Assembly (NCBI GenBank): GCA_028819495.1
Contig: JAPPLI010000130.1
Span: 28,649 to 92,648, forward strand
Direction: 5' to 3'
DNA length: 64,000 nt
DNA from: Gammaproteobacteria bacterium
GTDB taxonomy: Bacteria > Pseudomonadota > Gammaproteobacteria > Eutrophobiales > Eutrophobiaceae
Shown: positions 9,856-18,761 of the stretch, piece by piece
How positions within the stretch are numbered: position 1 is the stretch's first letter
How the letters are laid out: each line of letters starts with the position of its first letter
Position numbers and translations under genes: made by a program
The notes under the pieces: generated by a model
The model's database searches: none
What the model was told of the DNA's origin: nothing
Seen by the model: only the letters and a program-made list of their open reading frames with translations

Positions 9856-11342
9856 ATAGCAGTCACATCAGTTCCAAAGTTTGGAGTTTTTGTACGATAC
9901 TAAAGGATGACGGAGTAAGTTACGGAGACTACCTGGAACAACTCACCTATCTGATCTTTCTGAAAATGGCTGACGAATATGCCAAACCCCCATATAACCG
10001 TGATGTAGGTATTCCTGATGATTACAACTGGCAGAACCTTAAAAGCAAACGCGGGGCTGAACTGGAAAGTCACTACATCGAATCTTTACGTGAACTTGGC
10101 CAGAAGACAGGGATGCTGGGGCAGATATTCACCAAGTCGCAAAACAAAATTCAAGACCCGGCCAAGCTTTTTCGTCTGATCGACATGGTGGATGATGTGC
10201 AATGGGTCTCAATGGGAGCGGATGTCAAAGGCGTGATTTATGAAGATTTGCTGGAAAGGAACGCAGAAGATACCAAATCCGGTGCAGGGCAGTATTTTAC
10301 GCCACGCGCACTGATTCGTGCGATGGTCGAATGTGTTCGTCCAGAGCCGGAAAAGACCATCGCCGATCCAGCCTGTGGTACGGGAGGGTTTTTTCTATCC
10401 ACCTATGACTTCATTACCAATCCAGAGCATTACCGGCTCGACAAAAACCAAAAGGAGTTTCTGAAATACGAAACCTTCCACGGAAACGAAATTGTGGCAA
10501 ACACCCGTCGTCTTTGTCTGATGAATATGTTTCTGCATAACATCGGCGAGATTGATGAGGGTGTTTCAATTTCCCCTAATGATGCACTTGTTGCACCCAG
10601 TTCAATCACTTATGACTATGTTCTTGCCAATCCACCCTTTGGCAAGAAGAGCAGCATGACCTTTACCAATGAAGAGGGTGAGCAAGAAACAGACAATCTG
10701 ACTTATAACAGACAGGACTTTTGGGCTTCTACCTCGAATAAGCAGCTCAATTTTGTCCAACACATCCGCACCATGCTTAAGACGACCGGAAAGGCAGCCG
10801 TCGTCGTCCCGGATAATGTTTTATTCGAGGGAGGAGCAGGAGAGACCGTGCGGTGCAAACTTCTGGAGAATACCGATCTTCATACGATCCTGCGTCTGCC
10901 TACCGGTATATTTTATAAGCCTGGTGTGAAGGCCAACGTGATATTTTTTGACAACCGGGAAGCAAGTCCAAATCCCTGGACTAGGGAAGTCTGGTACTAC
11001 GATTATCGTACCAACGTGCATCACACACTCAAGAAAAAGACAATGCGATATGAAGACCTGGCTGAATTTATCGGATGTTACAACCCGATCAACCGGCATG
11101 AACGGAAAGCCACCTGGGATGCTGATAAAAATCCTGAAGGCCGGTGGCATAGATTCAGCTACGATGAATTGATAACACGTGACAAGACAAGCTTGGACAT
11201 ATTCTGGCTAAAAGACAAGAATCTGACGGACCTTGAAAATCTCCCTGACCCTGATGAGCTTGCTGAGGAGATTATAGAAAATTTAGAAGCAGGACTAAGC
11301 AGTTTTCGTGAAGTATTGGCTGGATTAGAGAAAGGCAACTAA
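9852..11342 (+). CDS. hsdM: Type I R-M N6-adenine DNA methyltransferase subunit
   Basis: HsdM N-domain (YLEQLTYLIFLKM), AdoMet motif ADPACGTGGF and catalytic LANPPFGKK. ATGA overlap with the hsdS stop. Confidence 0.9.
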   Translation: MNSSHISSKVWSFCTILKDDGVSYGDYLEQLTYLIFLKMADEYAKPPYNRDVGIPDDYNWQNLKSKRGAELESHYIESLRELGQKTGMLGQIFTKSQNKIQDPAKLFRLIDMVDDVQWVSMGADVKGVIYEDLLERNAEDTKSGAGQYFTPRALIRAMVECVRPEPEKTIADPACGTGGFFLSTYDFITNPEHYRLDKNQKEFLKYETFHGNEIVANTRRLCLMNMFLHNIGEIDEGVSISPNDALVAPSSITYDYVLANPPFGKKSSMTFTNEEGEQETDNLTYNRQDFWASTSNKQLNFVQHIRTMLKTTGKAAVVVPDNVLFEGGAGETVRCKLLENTDLHTILRLPTGIFYKPGVKANVIFFDNREASPNPWTREVWYYDYRTNVHHTLKKKTMRYEDLAEFIGCYNPINRHERKATWDADKNPEGRWHRFSYDELITRDKTSLDIFWLKDKNLTDLENLPDPDELAEEIIENLEAGLSSFREVLAGLEKGN

Positions 11343-13105
11343 TGGAACAGAATGAATTTGTTGGAAAGTATTGTTTACGCCCGCAGAATTTTGCATGGTT
11401 TCTGGGAGCCGGCACATCCCGCGCCGCCGGCCTGCCAACCGCAACTGACATATTGTGGGATATTAAGCGTCGTTACTATTGTCGAGAAGAGAATCAAGAG
11501 ATATCACGTCAAGATATCCAGAATGAATTTGTTAAGGTTCGTATCCAAGATTTCATGGAATCCAAAGGTTTCCCTAAGTTATGGGCAGATAATGAGTATT
11601 CTGCCTATTTCAATAAAATATTTGGAGATGATAAGGAACGGCAACGTAACTACCTACAGGCAATCTTGTCCGAAGACCATGTGTCCCTGTCAGTAGGGAA
11701 TAGAGTAATGGGAGGTTTACTCTCGTCAGGTCATATTCGGGCTGTATTTACAACAAATTTTGATTCTGTTGTTGAAAAAGCTATAGCTCAAACAGTAGGG
11801 GAATCGTTGTCAGCCTATCATTTAGAAGGTTCAGCATCAGCAAATAACGCTTTGAATAATGAAGAGTACCCTCTCTATGTGAAATTACACGGTGATTTTC
11901 GCTATGAAGCATTGAAAAACCTTCCAGAAGACCTAGAAACACAAAATGAGGAACTTTCTCAGTGTTTCATGAATGCAGCCAATCGATTCGGCTTTATTGT
12001 AATCGGTTATAGCGGACGTGATGTTAGTACTATGGCGCTATTTCGCGATTCTCTGGCTTCAAACAACCCGTTCCCACACGGTCTATATTGGATGGGAATC
12101 AAAGGGGCTCCTATACACCCAGAGGTCAGTGAATTGATGGAGTTAGCGCAAAGTAAAGGTGCACATGCAGACTATGTTGAAATAGAAACATTTGATGCTT
12201 TGATGTTGCGTTTGTGGCGTAATATCGAAGACAAACCGATAGATATAGACAAAAAAATTCGTAGGACCCAGCAGTCAAAAGTGGATATTCCTCTACCGAA
12301 TCCAGGTAAAGCAAATCCAATTATGCGCCTGAATGCCTTACCGGTTTTATCTTTTCCTGAGCAATGCCTGAAACTAACATTTCGAACACCCAAGACATGG
12401 TCGGATTTGAGAAAGGTAGAGAAGGAAACGCCTGGAAATCTGATATTCGTAAAAACAGATGCAGTATGGTGCTGGGGCCTTAAATCCGATGTCAAACAAG
12501 CTTTCCGTGAAGAACTTACATCTGTGGAACAAGTCGATATTCCGAGAGATCTTGCAGCAGTTACCAATCGGCCAATTAAGGGTTTTGTAGAGAAGGCTTT
12601 ATGTATGGCACTTGCACGAAGAAAACCGCTCCTATCCAGATCGACTCGAAATAAAACTTTCCTAATCGCCAATTCGCTTACCGATGATAATAATGCGTTA
12701 CATCCATTGACCGAAATTACCGGTTCGATCTCGGGCATTGTACCGGGTGTATTTACTCCTATTTCTGATGAATATCCACAGGCCGAACAAGTTCGCTGGT
12801 CGGAAGCCGTCCAAGCGTCTCTTGATGTTAAAGACGGTAATCTATGGCTGACACTGAATCCGGATATCTGGATTTGGCCATATAGTGCGCGCGAAATTTC
12901 AGTAGATTTTATGCAAAGAAGACGTAATGATCGGTTTAACAAAAAGTTTAATGACCTAATTAGTACATGGAGCAGAATAATCTTCGGAACAGACGAACTA
13001 AATGTAGAGATTGAGGTATCTAGCTTTGCGGAAGGGAGTGGTGCTCAGAACCCATACTTTCGTCTTGCAAGTCGGACTGCTTTCTCCAAGAAGCTATTGT
13101 CATGA
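11342..13105 (+). CDS. SIR2-APAZ protein (predicted NADase partner of a short Argonaute)
   Basis: 587 aa. SIR2 motifs [18 protein letters not shown] and KLHGDF in the N-terminal half; the C-terminal ~300 aa has no enzyme motif (APAZ-like). Its start overlaps the hsdM stop (TAATG) and its stop overlaps the pAgo start (ATGA). Confidence 0.8.
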   Translation: MEQNEFVGKYCLRPQNFAWFLGAGTSRAAGLPTATDILWDIKRRYYCREENQEISRQDIQNEFVKVRIQDFMESKGFPKLWADNEYSAYFNKIFGDDKERQRNYLQAILSEDHVSLSVGNRVMGGLLSSGHIRAVFTTNFDSVVEKAIAQTVGESLSAYHLEGSASANNALNNEEYPLYVKLHGDFRYEALKNLPEDLETQNEELSQCFMNAANRFGFIVIGYSGRDVSTMALFRDSLASNNPFPHGLYWMGIKGAPIHPEVSELMELAQSKGAHADYVEIETFDALMLRLWRNIEDKPIDIDKKIRRTQQSKVDIPLPNPGKANPIMRLNALPVLSFPEQCLKLTFRTPKTWSDLRKVEKETPGNLIFVKTDAVWCWGLKSDVKQAFREELTSVEQVDIPRDLAAVTNRPIKGFVEKALCMALARRKPLLSRSTRNKTFLIANSLTDDNNALHPLTEITGSISGIVPGVFTPISDEYPQAEQVRWSEAVQASLDVKDGNLWLTLNPDIWIWPYSAREISVDFMQRRRNDRFNKKFNDLISTWSRIIFGTDELNVEIEVSSFAEGSGAQNPYFRLASRTAFSKKLLS

Positions 13106-14514
13106 TAGGACGAGTAAGTGAACTATGTGGTTATACCTCATTGCCAGAGCCAGAACTTTTGTTTAACGATAACGGACGACACAAGCATCCCCTCGTTGGG
13201 TTGATTCAAAATGGCCCATACAGCCTGCAATTCGGAGCACCTAACCAAATTCGATTGGCGCTTCTTGCGCCACGTAATGAGATTAATAAACTTGTAGATC
13301 TTAATACTGAACTTTTGAAGGAAGCAAAGCCAAAAGAAGCGACAAAGTACTATCCAGTTTATCCAGGTTTTAAAGAAGTTTTCAGGATTCCAATCGTAGA
13401 GCAGGATGAGCGATTGGTCTTGTCTTTCCCTGATCAATTAGAAATTCATGCGCGGAGGCGGGAGAAAGTTAAACTCGCCGACGGATTGTTCAACTGTATC
13501 TCACAACTAAAATCGATACGTACCAATTTTGATGTTGCTTTGATTTATTTGCCGGAGAGTTGGGAAGAATGCTTTGAAGACGAAGACTTCGATTTTCACG
13601 ACTATCTTAAGGCCTACTGTGCTCCATCAAATATTCCAATCCAGATTATACGGCAAAAGAGCCTTGACAGAGCATGTCGTGCCAATGTTATGTGGGGCTT
13701 GAGCGTAGCACTGTACGCAAAGGCAGGTGGAATACCATGGAAACTTAGCGGTCTCGGGAGGGACGAGGCGTTTATAGGAATTAGTTATGCCATGAAGTCC
13801 GCATCGGATGGGAATAAGTATACAACGTGTTGTAGCCAAGTATTCTATCCAGATGGTACTGGATTTCGGTTTGTAGCCTATGACACCAGAGAGTTTACCC
13901 AGGATGAACGAGAGAACCCGTACCTTTCTTATTATGAAATGCAATCCGTTTTGTCCCGCAGTCTGGAAATATATCAAAGCGGTCATTTCGGCCGCGTTCC
14001 AAAAAAGGTAACAATTCACAAGAATACCGAGTTTAAAGAAGATGAAATTCTCGGAGCGTTTGATAGCTTTCGTGAAGAAACTGAAGTCGAGCTTGTGCAA
14101 ATTATTAAAAGTATCGATTGGAAAGGGATAAGATTTAACACAGAAAATAGACCAACTCCCCACCAATATCCAGTTGCGCGCGGATCATACTTGCCTATGC
14201 AACCTAATGAAGCATTGTTTTGGTCACAAGGAAGTGTTCAAGGAGTGCATATCGGGAACCCTAGATATAACATTTACAAGGAAGGTAATCTCAAGCCGAC
14301 ACCTTCACCTCTACTCTTACGACGATTTTCAGGTGATGGCGGTTGGCACGAAACCTGCCGCAATATACTCGGGCTTACCAAGATGGACTGGAACAACAAC
14401 ACTCTCTATAAGAAGTTGCCAGTTACGCTCATCTATTCCAAAGCATTTGCCAATATTGTTCAGCAAAATACAAACATGATCGATGAAGTGTACGACTTTA
14501 GAAATTTTATGTAG
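13102..14514 (+). CDS. Short prokaryotic Argonaute (MID-PIWI, catalytically inactive)
   Basis: 470 aa. MID 5'-end pocket pattern DYLKAYC...IQIIRQKS; PIWI hallmark [17 protein letters not shown]. Catalytic positions are substituted (FIGISYA instead of GxD, TIHKNT instead of RDG). Confidence 0.8.
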   Translation: MIGRVSELCGYTSLPEPELLFNDNGRHKHPLVGLIQNGPYSLQFGAPNQIRLALLAPRNEINKLVDLNTELLKEAKPKEATKYYPVYPGFKEVFRIPIVEQDERLVLSFPDQLEIHARRREKVKLADGLFNCISQLKSIRTNFDVALIYLPESWEECFEDEDFDFHDYLKAYCAPSNIPIQIIRQKSLDRACRANVMWGLSVALYAKAGGIPWKLSGLGRDEAFIGISYAMKSASDGNKYTTCCSQVFYPDGTGFRFVAYDTREFTQDERENPYLSYYEMQSVLSRSLEIYQSGHFGRVPKKVTIHKNTEFKEDEILGAFDSFREETEVELVQIIKSIDWKGIRFNTENRPTPHQYPVARGSYLPMQPNEALFWSQGSVQGVHIGNPRYNIYKEGNLKPTPSPLLLRRFSGDGGWHETCRNILGLTKMDWNNNTLYKKLPVTLIYSKAFANIVQQNTNMIDEVYDFRNFM

Positions 14515-14615
14515 CGTTCTATTCGTTTAAAGGCAGGAGAGGTTTTTTCGAACTAAAGCTTCTCTTTAGATTAAGGAGCCTCAACTATAATTGAAAAAAA
14601 CACCCTCGCTTGGCA

Positions 14616-14644
14616 TTGACAAACCATAAAATGTAAACTACAGT
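14616..14644 (+). promoter_or_regulatory. Putative sigma70 promoter of the HigBA-like pair
   Basis: TTGACA (14616-14621), a 17-nt spacer, then TACAGT (14639-14644). This implies a very short or absent leader before the ATG at 14654. Confidence 0.35.
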
Positions 14645-14653
14645 TCACATATA

Positions 14654-14947
14654 ATGGAGATTCGCAAAACGGAAATTTTTGTCGAGTGGCTTGACAATTT
14701 AAGGGACAGCAGGGCTAGAACCCGCATTATTGCCAGACTCGACAGAATGGAAATGGGCAATTTTGGTGATGTGCGGCCTGTTGGTGGCGGTGTTTACGAG
14801 TTACGTATCCATTACGGCCCAGGCTACAGAGTCTATTTTGTCCGATGCGGCCCTGCCGTTGTCATACTTCTTTGTGGCGGCGACAAGAAAACGCAACATG
14901 CAGATATCGCAAAGGCTATAAAGTTAGCCGATAAACTGGAGGACTGA
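14654..14947 (+). CDS. Type II toxin, RelE/ParE superfamily (HigB-like addiction module killer)
   Basis: 97 aa. GGGVYELRIHYGPGYRVYF core; the toxin gene precedes the antitoxin, as in HigBA. Confidence 0.8.
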   Translation: MEIRKTEIFVEWLDNLRDSRARTRIIARLDRMEMGNFGDVRPVGGGVYELRIHYGPGYRVYFVRCGPAVVILLCGGDKKTQHADIAKAIKLADKLED

Positions 14948-14950
14948 GGC

Positions 14951-15244
14951 ATGGCCCTTGCAACAACCCGCTGGGATTCAGCAGAACATCTCAAAACCGA
15001 AGAAGATATCCGGCTTTACCTGGAAGCCTGTCTTGAAGAAGCAGGGGATGACCCTGCATTCATAGTGCACGCCTTGAGTGTTGTTGCCCGTGCGCGCAAT
15101 ATGAGCCAGTTGGCCAGGGAAACAGGTCTGACCCGAGAGGGTCTGTATAAGGCATTGTCAGGTGATGGAAATCCAACTTTTGCCAACGTAGCAAAGGTGG
15201 CAAAAGCCCTTGGATTCAAACTGACCATACAACCCGTGCTTTGA
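14951..15244 (+). CDS. HigA-family HTH antitoxin (addiction module antidote)
   Basis: 97 aa. HTH MSQLARETGLTREGLYKALSGDGNPTFANVAKVAKALG. Starts 3 nt after the toxin stop. Confidence 0.8.
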   Translation: MALATTRWDSAEHLKTEEDIRLYLEACLEEAGDDPAFIVHALSVVARARNMSQLARETGLTREGLYKALSGDGNPTFANVAKVAKALGFKLTIQPVL

Positions 15245-15252
15245 GAGATAGG

Positions 15253-15345
15253 CACAGCTTACGGCTTTTCCAGGAGATAATTGGTCGTCCTGATGAATAC
15301 GAGGACCACCATATCGCTCAGTCGCTCACCGTGCGGTGCATCCAC
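15253..15345 (-). pseudogene. Relic of the 3' end of an S9 (DPP-IV-like) peptidase gene
   Basis: The minus strand translates to ...PLGVDAPHGERLSDMVVLVFIRTTNYLLEKP-stop. It aligns with the C-terminus of the intact peptidase (…QRHDLDDVRPHLFTRITDYFLEKL-stop, ending at 16557). The first ~40 nt are also similar at the DNA level (agcttac.gctt.tccagga.ataat). Confidence 0.5.
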
Positions 15346-15370
15346 ACCAAGCGGTTATTTCTTAAAATTA

Positions 15371-15400
15371 ATTTTACATTTAGACGGATAAATGTAAAAT
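15371..15400. promoter_or_regulatory. Perfect 12-bp inverted repeat (operator-like) just upstream of the ATPase gene
   Basis: ATTTTACATTTA-gacgga-TAAATGTAAAAT, ending 6 nt before the ATG at 15407. Confidence 0.5.
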
Positions 15401-15406
15401 ATAAAT

Positions 15407-16555
15407 ATGATTAAGCGAAATATATGGTTAAAGCAGCTTGAGAATGGCTGGTCTCGTCGTTCTATTGTGTGGCTATCCGGTGTACGGCGGGTGGGTAAGA
15501 CAACACTTGCAAGGATGCTGCCCGATGCATTCTACCTGAATTGTGACCTGCCTTCTGTGCACAGGACCCTGGAAGAACCGGAGTTGTTTCTTGATAGCCA
15601 GGCTCCTGACCGGGTATTGATTCTTGACGAGGTGCATCGCCTTGATGATCCGAGCAGGTTGCTGAAGATCGCTGCTGATGAATATCCGCATTTGCGGATA
15701 CTGGCCACGGGCTCCTCCACCCTGGCAGCAACCCGCAAGTTCCGTGACTCGCTCACCGGGCGCAAACAGGCCATCCATCTCTGTCCGGTATTGTGGGAAG
15801 AGTGCGAAGATTCCTTCGCTGTTCGCGACCTGGACCGGCGTTTGCTGTCCGGCGGTTTGCCCGAAGCATTGCTGGCAGCCGGCAAGGATCCTGCCTTTTT
15901 CAATGAGTGGCTTGACAGTTTCTACGCCCGGGACATTCTGGAACTGTTCGGGATACGTAATCGCCGGGGATTCCTGTCCCTGTTCAGGCTCCTGCTGCGC
16001 CAGAGCGGAGGGCAATTGGACTACGGCCGTCTGTCGAGCCTGAGCGAACAAAGCAGGCCCACGGTCAAATCACACGTTGAAGCCTTGCAGGTTGCCCACG
16101 CGGTGTTCCTGTTACCCCCTTTTCACGGCGGGGGCAAACGCGAGATAGTCAGCCGTCCGAAGTGTTATGCTTTCGATACCGGGTTCGTCACCTTTGAAAA
16201 AGGCTGGGACAACATCAGGGAGGACGATCGCGGCCTGCTGTGGGAACACCTGGTACTGGATGCCCTGCGTTTTCAACACGCTGATAAAGATATATTCTAC
16301 TGGCAGGATAAATCACGCCGCGAGGTGGATTTTGTGGTCCGGCGCACTCGTGACCGGGTAGACGCAATTGAATGCAAAATCAACCCTGACAGGTTCAATA
16401 CCGTCTCTGTTGAAACATTCCGATCCATATACCCTCACGGCGAAAACTATATTGTCTCACCCCACCTGAAAAGCGCCTATCGCATACGCCGGAACGACAT
16501 CATCTATACCGTGTGTACGGTTAAGGACTTAATACGGCTGCAAAGCGCAGAATAG
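15407..16555 (+). CDS. AAA-type ATPase with C-terminal DUF4143 (PD-(D/E)xK-like) domain
   Basis: Walker A GVRRVGKTT, Walker B LILDEVH, and C-terminal EVDFVV...DAIECK nuclease-fold-like motif. Its stop is 1 nt from the convergent peptidase stop. Confidence 0.75.
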   Translation: MIKRNIWLKQLENGWSRRSIVWLSGVRRVGKTTLARMLPDAFYLNCDLPSVHRTLEEPELFLDSQAPDRVLILDEVHRLDDPSRLLKIAADEYPHLRILATGSSTLAATRKFRDSLTGRKQAIHLCPVLWEECEDSFAVRDLDRRLLSGGLPEALLAAGKDPAFFNEWLDSFYARDILELFGIRNRRGFLSLFRLLLRQSGGQLDYGRLSSLSEQSRPTVKSHVEALQVAHAVFLLPPFHGGGKREIVSRPKCYAFDTGFVTFEKGWDNIREDDRGLLWEHLVLDALRFQHADKDIFYWQDKSRREVDFVVRRTRDRVDAIECKINPDRFNTVSVETFRSIYPHGENYIVSPHLKSAYRIRRNDIIYTVCTVKDLIRLQSAE

Positions 16556-16556
16556 C

Positions 16557-18761
16557 TTACAGCTTCTCCAGGAAATAATCGGTGATCCTGGTAAACAGGT
16601 GCGGTCGCACGTCGTCCAGGTCATGGCGCTGGTTCGGGTAGATCATCATGTCAAACTGTTTGTTGGCGGCGATCAGGGCGTGGGCCAGCTGCAGCGTGAA
16701 ACCGTACTTGACGTTTTCATCGCCGGTGCCGTGGATCAGCAGCAGGTTGCCCTGCAGCCGGTCGGCGAAGTTCATCAGGTCGACTTCATAGTAACCCCGC
16801 CGGTTGTTCTCGTAGGAATCCATCCAGCGTTCCACGCCGTAGGCCTGGTAGCGGTTCAGGTCGATGACCGGCGCGATACTGACCGCGGTTTTGAAGTGCG
16901 GAGCGCCCTTGGTCATAAGCGCCGCGGCCAGGTAGCCACCGCCGCTCCAACCCCAGAAGCCGAGTCTGTCCGCGTCCACGTAGGGCAGGGATTTCAGGTA
17001 GTTGACGCCTTCGAGGTAGTCGAGGACGGCGTATTTCCCGTAGTGCCCGTAGGTCAGGTTTTTCGCCGCCTTGCCTCTCCCGGCGGTTGTGCGATTGTCC
17101 ACGGCGAAGATGATATAGCCTTGTGCGGCCATGTAGCGGTGCCAGAGATCCTGTTTCGTGTTCTGCTGCCACGGCGAGGTCACCCACCTGTTGACCACCA
17201 CCTGTGAACCGGCATTGCCGTAGCCGTGGCCTATGACGGGGTATTTTTTCCCGGGATCAAAATCGGGCGGTTTAATCATGTAGCCGTCGATCAGTATGCC
17301 GTCACCGGTTTCCACCTTGATGAATTCCGCACGAGGTATTGTGTACTTGTCCATTGCCGCCGAATTGCCTGTTTCGAGCACACCTATTTCCTCTCCATTC
17401 GCCTTGCGCAGGGTCATGCCGGGCGGTGTGCCGGCATCCGACCAGGTCTCGATCACCAGCCGCCGGTCCGGCGAAAACTGCCACTCATGCCAGCCCGGCC
17501 TGTCCGTCAGCCTTTCCAGCTTCGAACCATCGAGCGTCACCCTGTATACATGCTGATCGATGAATGAATCCTTCTTCGCGTAGAAATACAGCCAGCCCGC
17601 GCCCTCATCGAGGGCGATAAGCGTAGAGATTTCCCAGTCTCCGCCGGTCAACTGCGTTTCGTTTCCATCATAGTCGTACAGGTAGGCATGGCGATACCCG
17701 CTTTTCTCCGAGGTCCAAACGAAGCGTTCCCGGTGCTTGAAAAACCGCAGATCATTCGTGACCTCCACCCAGGCCGTATCGGTATCCCTGACAATGGCTC
17801 CGGTTTTGCCGGTGGCGGTATCGGCAAGCAGCAGGACAAGCTCATCGTGGTCCCTGGCCTGGGTCTGGATAGCAAGCCGGCCAGATGAATTCGTCCAGTT
17901 GACCCTGGGAATATAGTCATCGGGATTGCCGCCGGTATCCATCCAGACTGTCCGTCCGCGTTCCAGGTCGAACATGCCTATCCGGGTGACTGCGAGACGC
18001 TCGCCGGTGTTCGGGTATTTCAGCGCGCGGACGGTATTGTATTTGCCCAGTTCATCCACCATGTAGAATACTTTTACGCCGGTGACATCCATCCTCCAGA
18101 ACGCGATCTTGTTCCCGTCAGGCGACCACGACCAGGCCTGCCCGGCGCCGAACATCCTGCTGCCGTAATCAAAATAACCGTTGAAGATATTGGCATCGCC
18201 GTCCGTCGTTACCGCGCGCGTGGTTCGATCATCCAGTTCCGTGACGTAGATGTTGTTGTCCAGCACGTAACCCACCCGCGCGCCGTTCGGCGATAGCTGC
18301 ACATTGAGCAGGCGCGGGTTGTTGTCGGCCAGCGGCCAGAGTTCACCACTACCGGTTTCATGGATGTAATAAGCTGCTTCCTTCCTGCCATCCCACGTAG
18401 TACTGACCGGGCCCGCCAGCAGGATATAGCGGCGGTCTGCAGTCCACCGGCACCGGGTCATTCCGACAGGTTCGTTCCGGTACCGGAGCGCATCACCGGA
18501 AATGATCAACCGGGAGGCGCCGGCGGCAACGTCGTATTCATGGATATCAAGCAGGCCGGTATCCGGGTCGGTTCTTGTGAAGGTGAAACGCTTTGAGTCG
18601 CTATGCCACTGGATGTTTTGCGGCAAACGGTTGTCAAATTCACTGCCGGCAAAAATGCTTTCCAGGGTCAACGGCAGCCTGTCCTGTCCGGCAACGCATG
18701 CCGTCCCGCTGAAAAACAGCAGGGACGCTGCCAGCGCCGGCAGAAGTTTATGGCACGTCAT
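16557..18761 (-). CDS. S9 family peptidase (dipeptidyl-peptidase IV-like), exported
   Basis: 734 aa with a signal peptide, a beta-propeller N-region and the catalytic triad context FWGWSGGGY, IHGTGDENV and NQRHDL. Confidence 0.85.
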   Translation of the reverse strand: MTCHKLLPALAASLLFFSGTACVAGQDRLPLTLESIFAGSEFDNRLPQNIQWHSDSKRFTFTRTDPDTGLLDIHEYDVAAGASRLIISGDALRYRNEPVGMTRCRWTADRRYILLAGPVSTTWDGRKEAAYYIHETGSGELWPLADNNPRLLNVQLSPNGARVGYVLDNNIYVTELDDRTTRAVTTDGDANIFNGYFDYGSRMFGAGQAWSWSPDGNKIAFWRMDVTGVKVFYMVDELGKYNTVRALKYPNTGERLAVTRIGMFDLERGRTVWMDTGGNPDDYIPRVNWTNSSGRLAIQTQARDHDELVLLLADTATGKTGAIVRDTDTAWVEVTNDLRFFKHRERFVWTSEKSGYRHAYLYDYDGNETQLTGGDWEISTLIALDEGAGWLYFYAKKDSFIDQHVYRVTLDGSKLERLTDRPGWHEWQFSPDRRLVIETWSDAGTPPGMTLRKANGEEIGVLETGNSAAMDKYTIPRAEFIKVETGDGILIDGYMIKPPDFDPGKKYPVIGHGYGNAGSQVVVNRWVTSPWQQNTKQDLWHRYMAAQGYIIFAVDNRTTAGRGKAAKNLTYGHYGKYAVLDYLEGVNYLKSLPYVDADRLGFWGWSGGGYLAAALMTKGAPHFKTAVSIAPVIDLNRYQAYGVERWMDSYENNRRGYYEVDLMNFADRLQGNLLLIHGTGDENVKYGFTLQLAHALIAANKQFDMMIYPNQRHDLDDVRPHLFTRITDYFLEKL

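Noticed and set aside
14515-14653. An intrinsic terminator after pAgo.
   Set aside because: There is only a weak 6-bp hairpin (CTAAAG-cttct-CTTTAG, about 14563-14579) with no U-run, which is not convincing enough to annotate.
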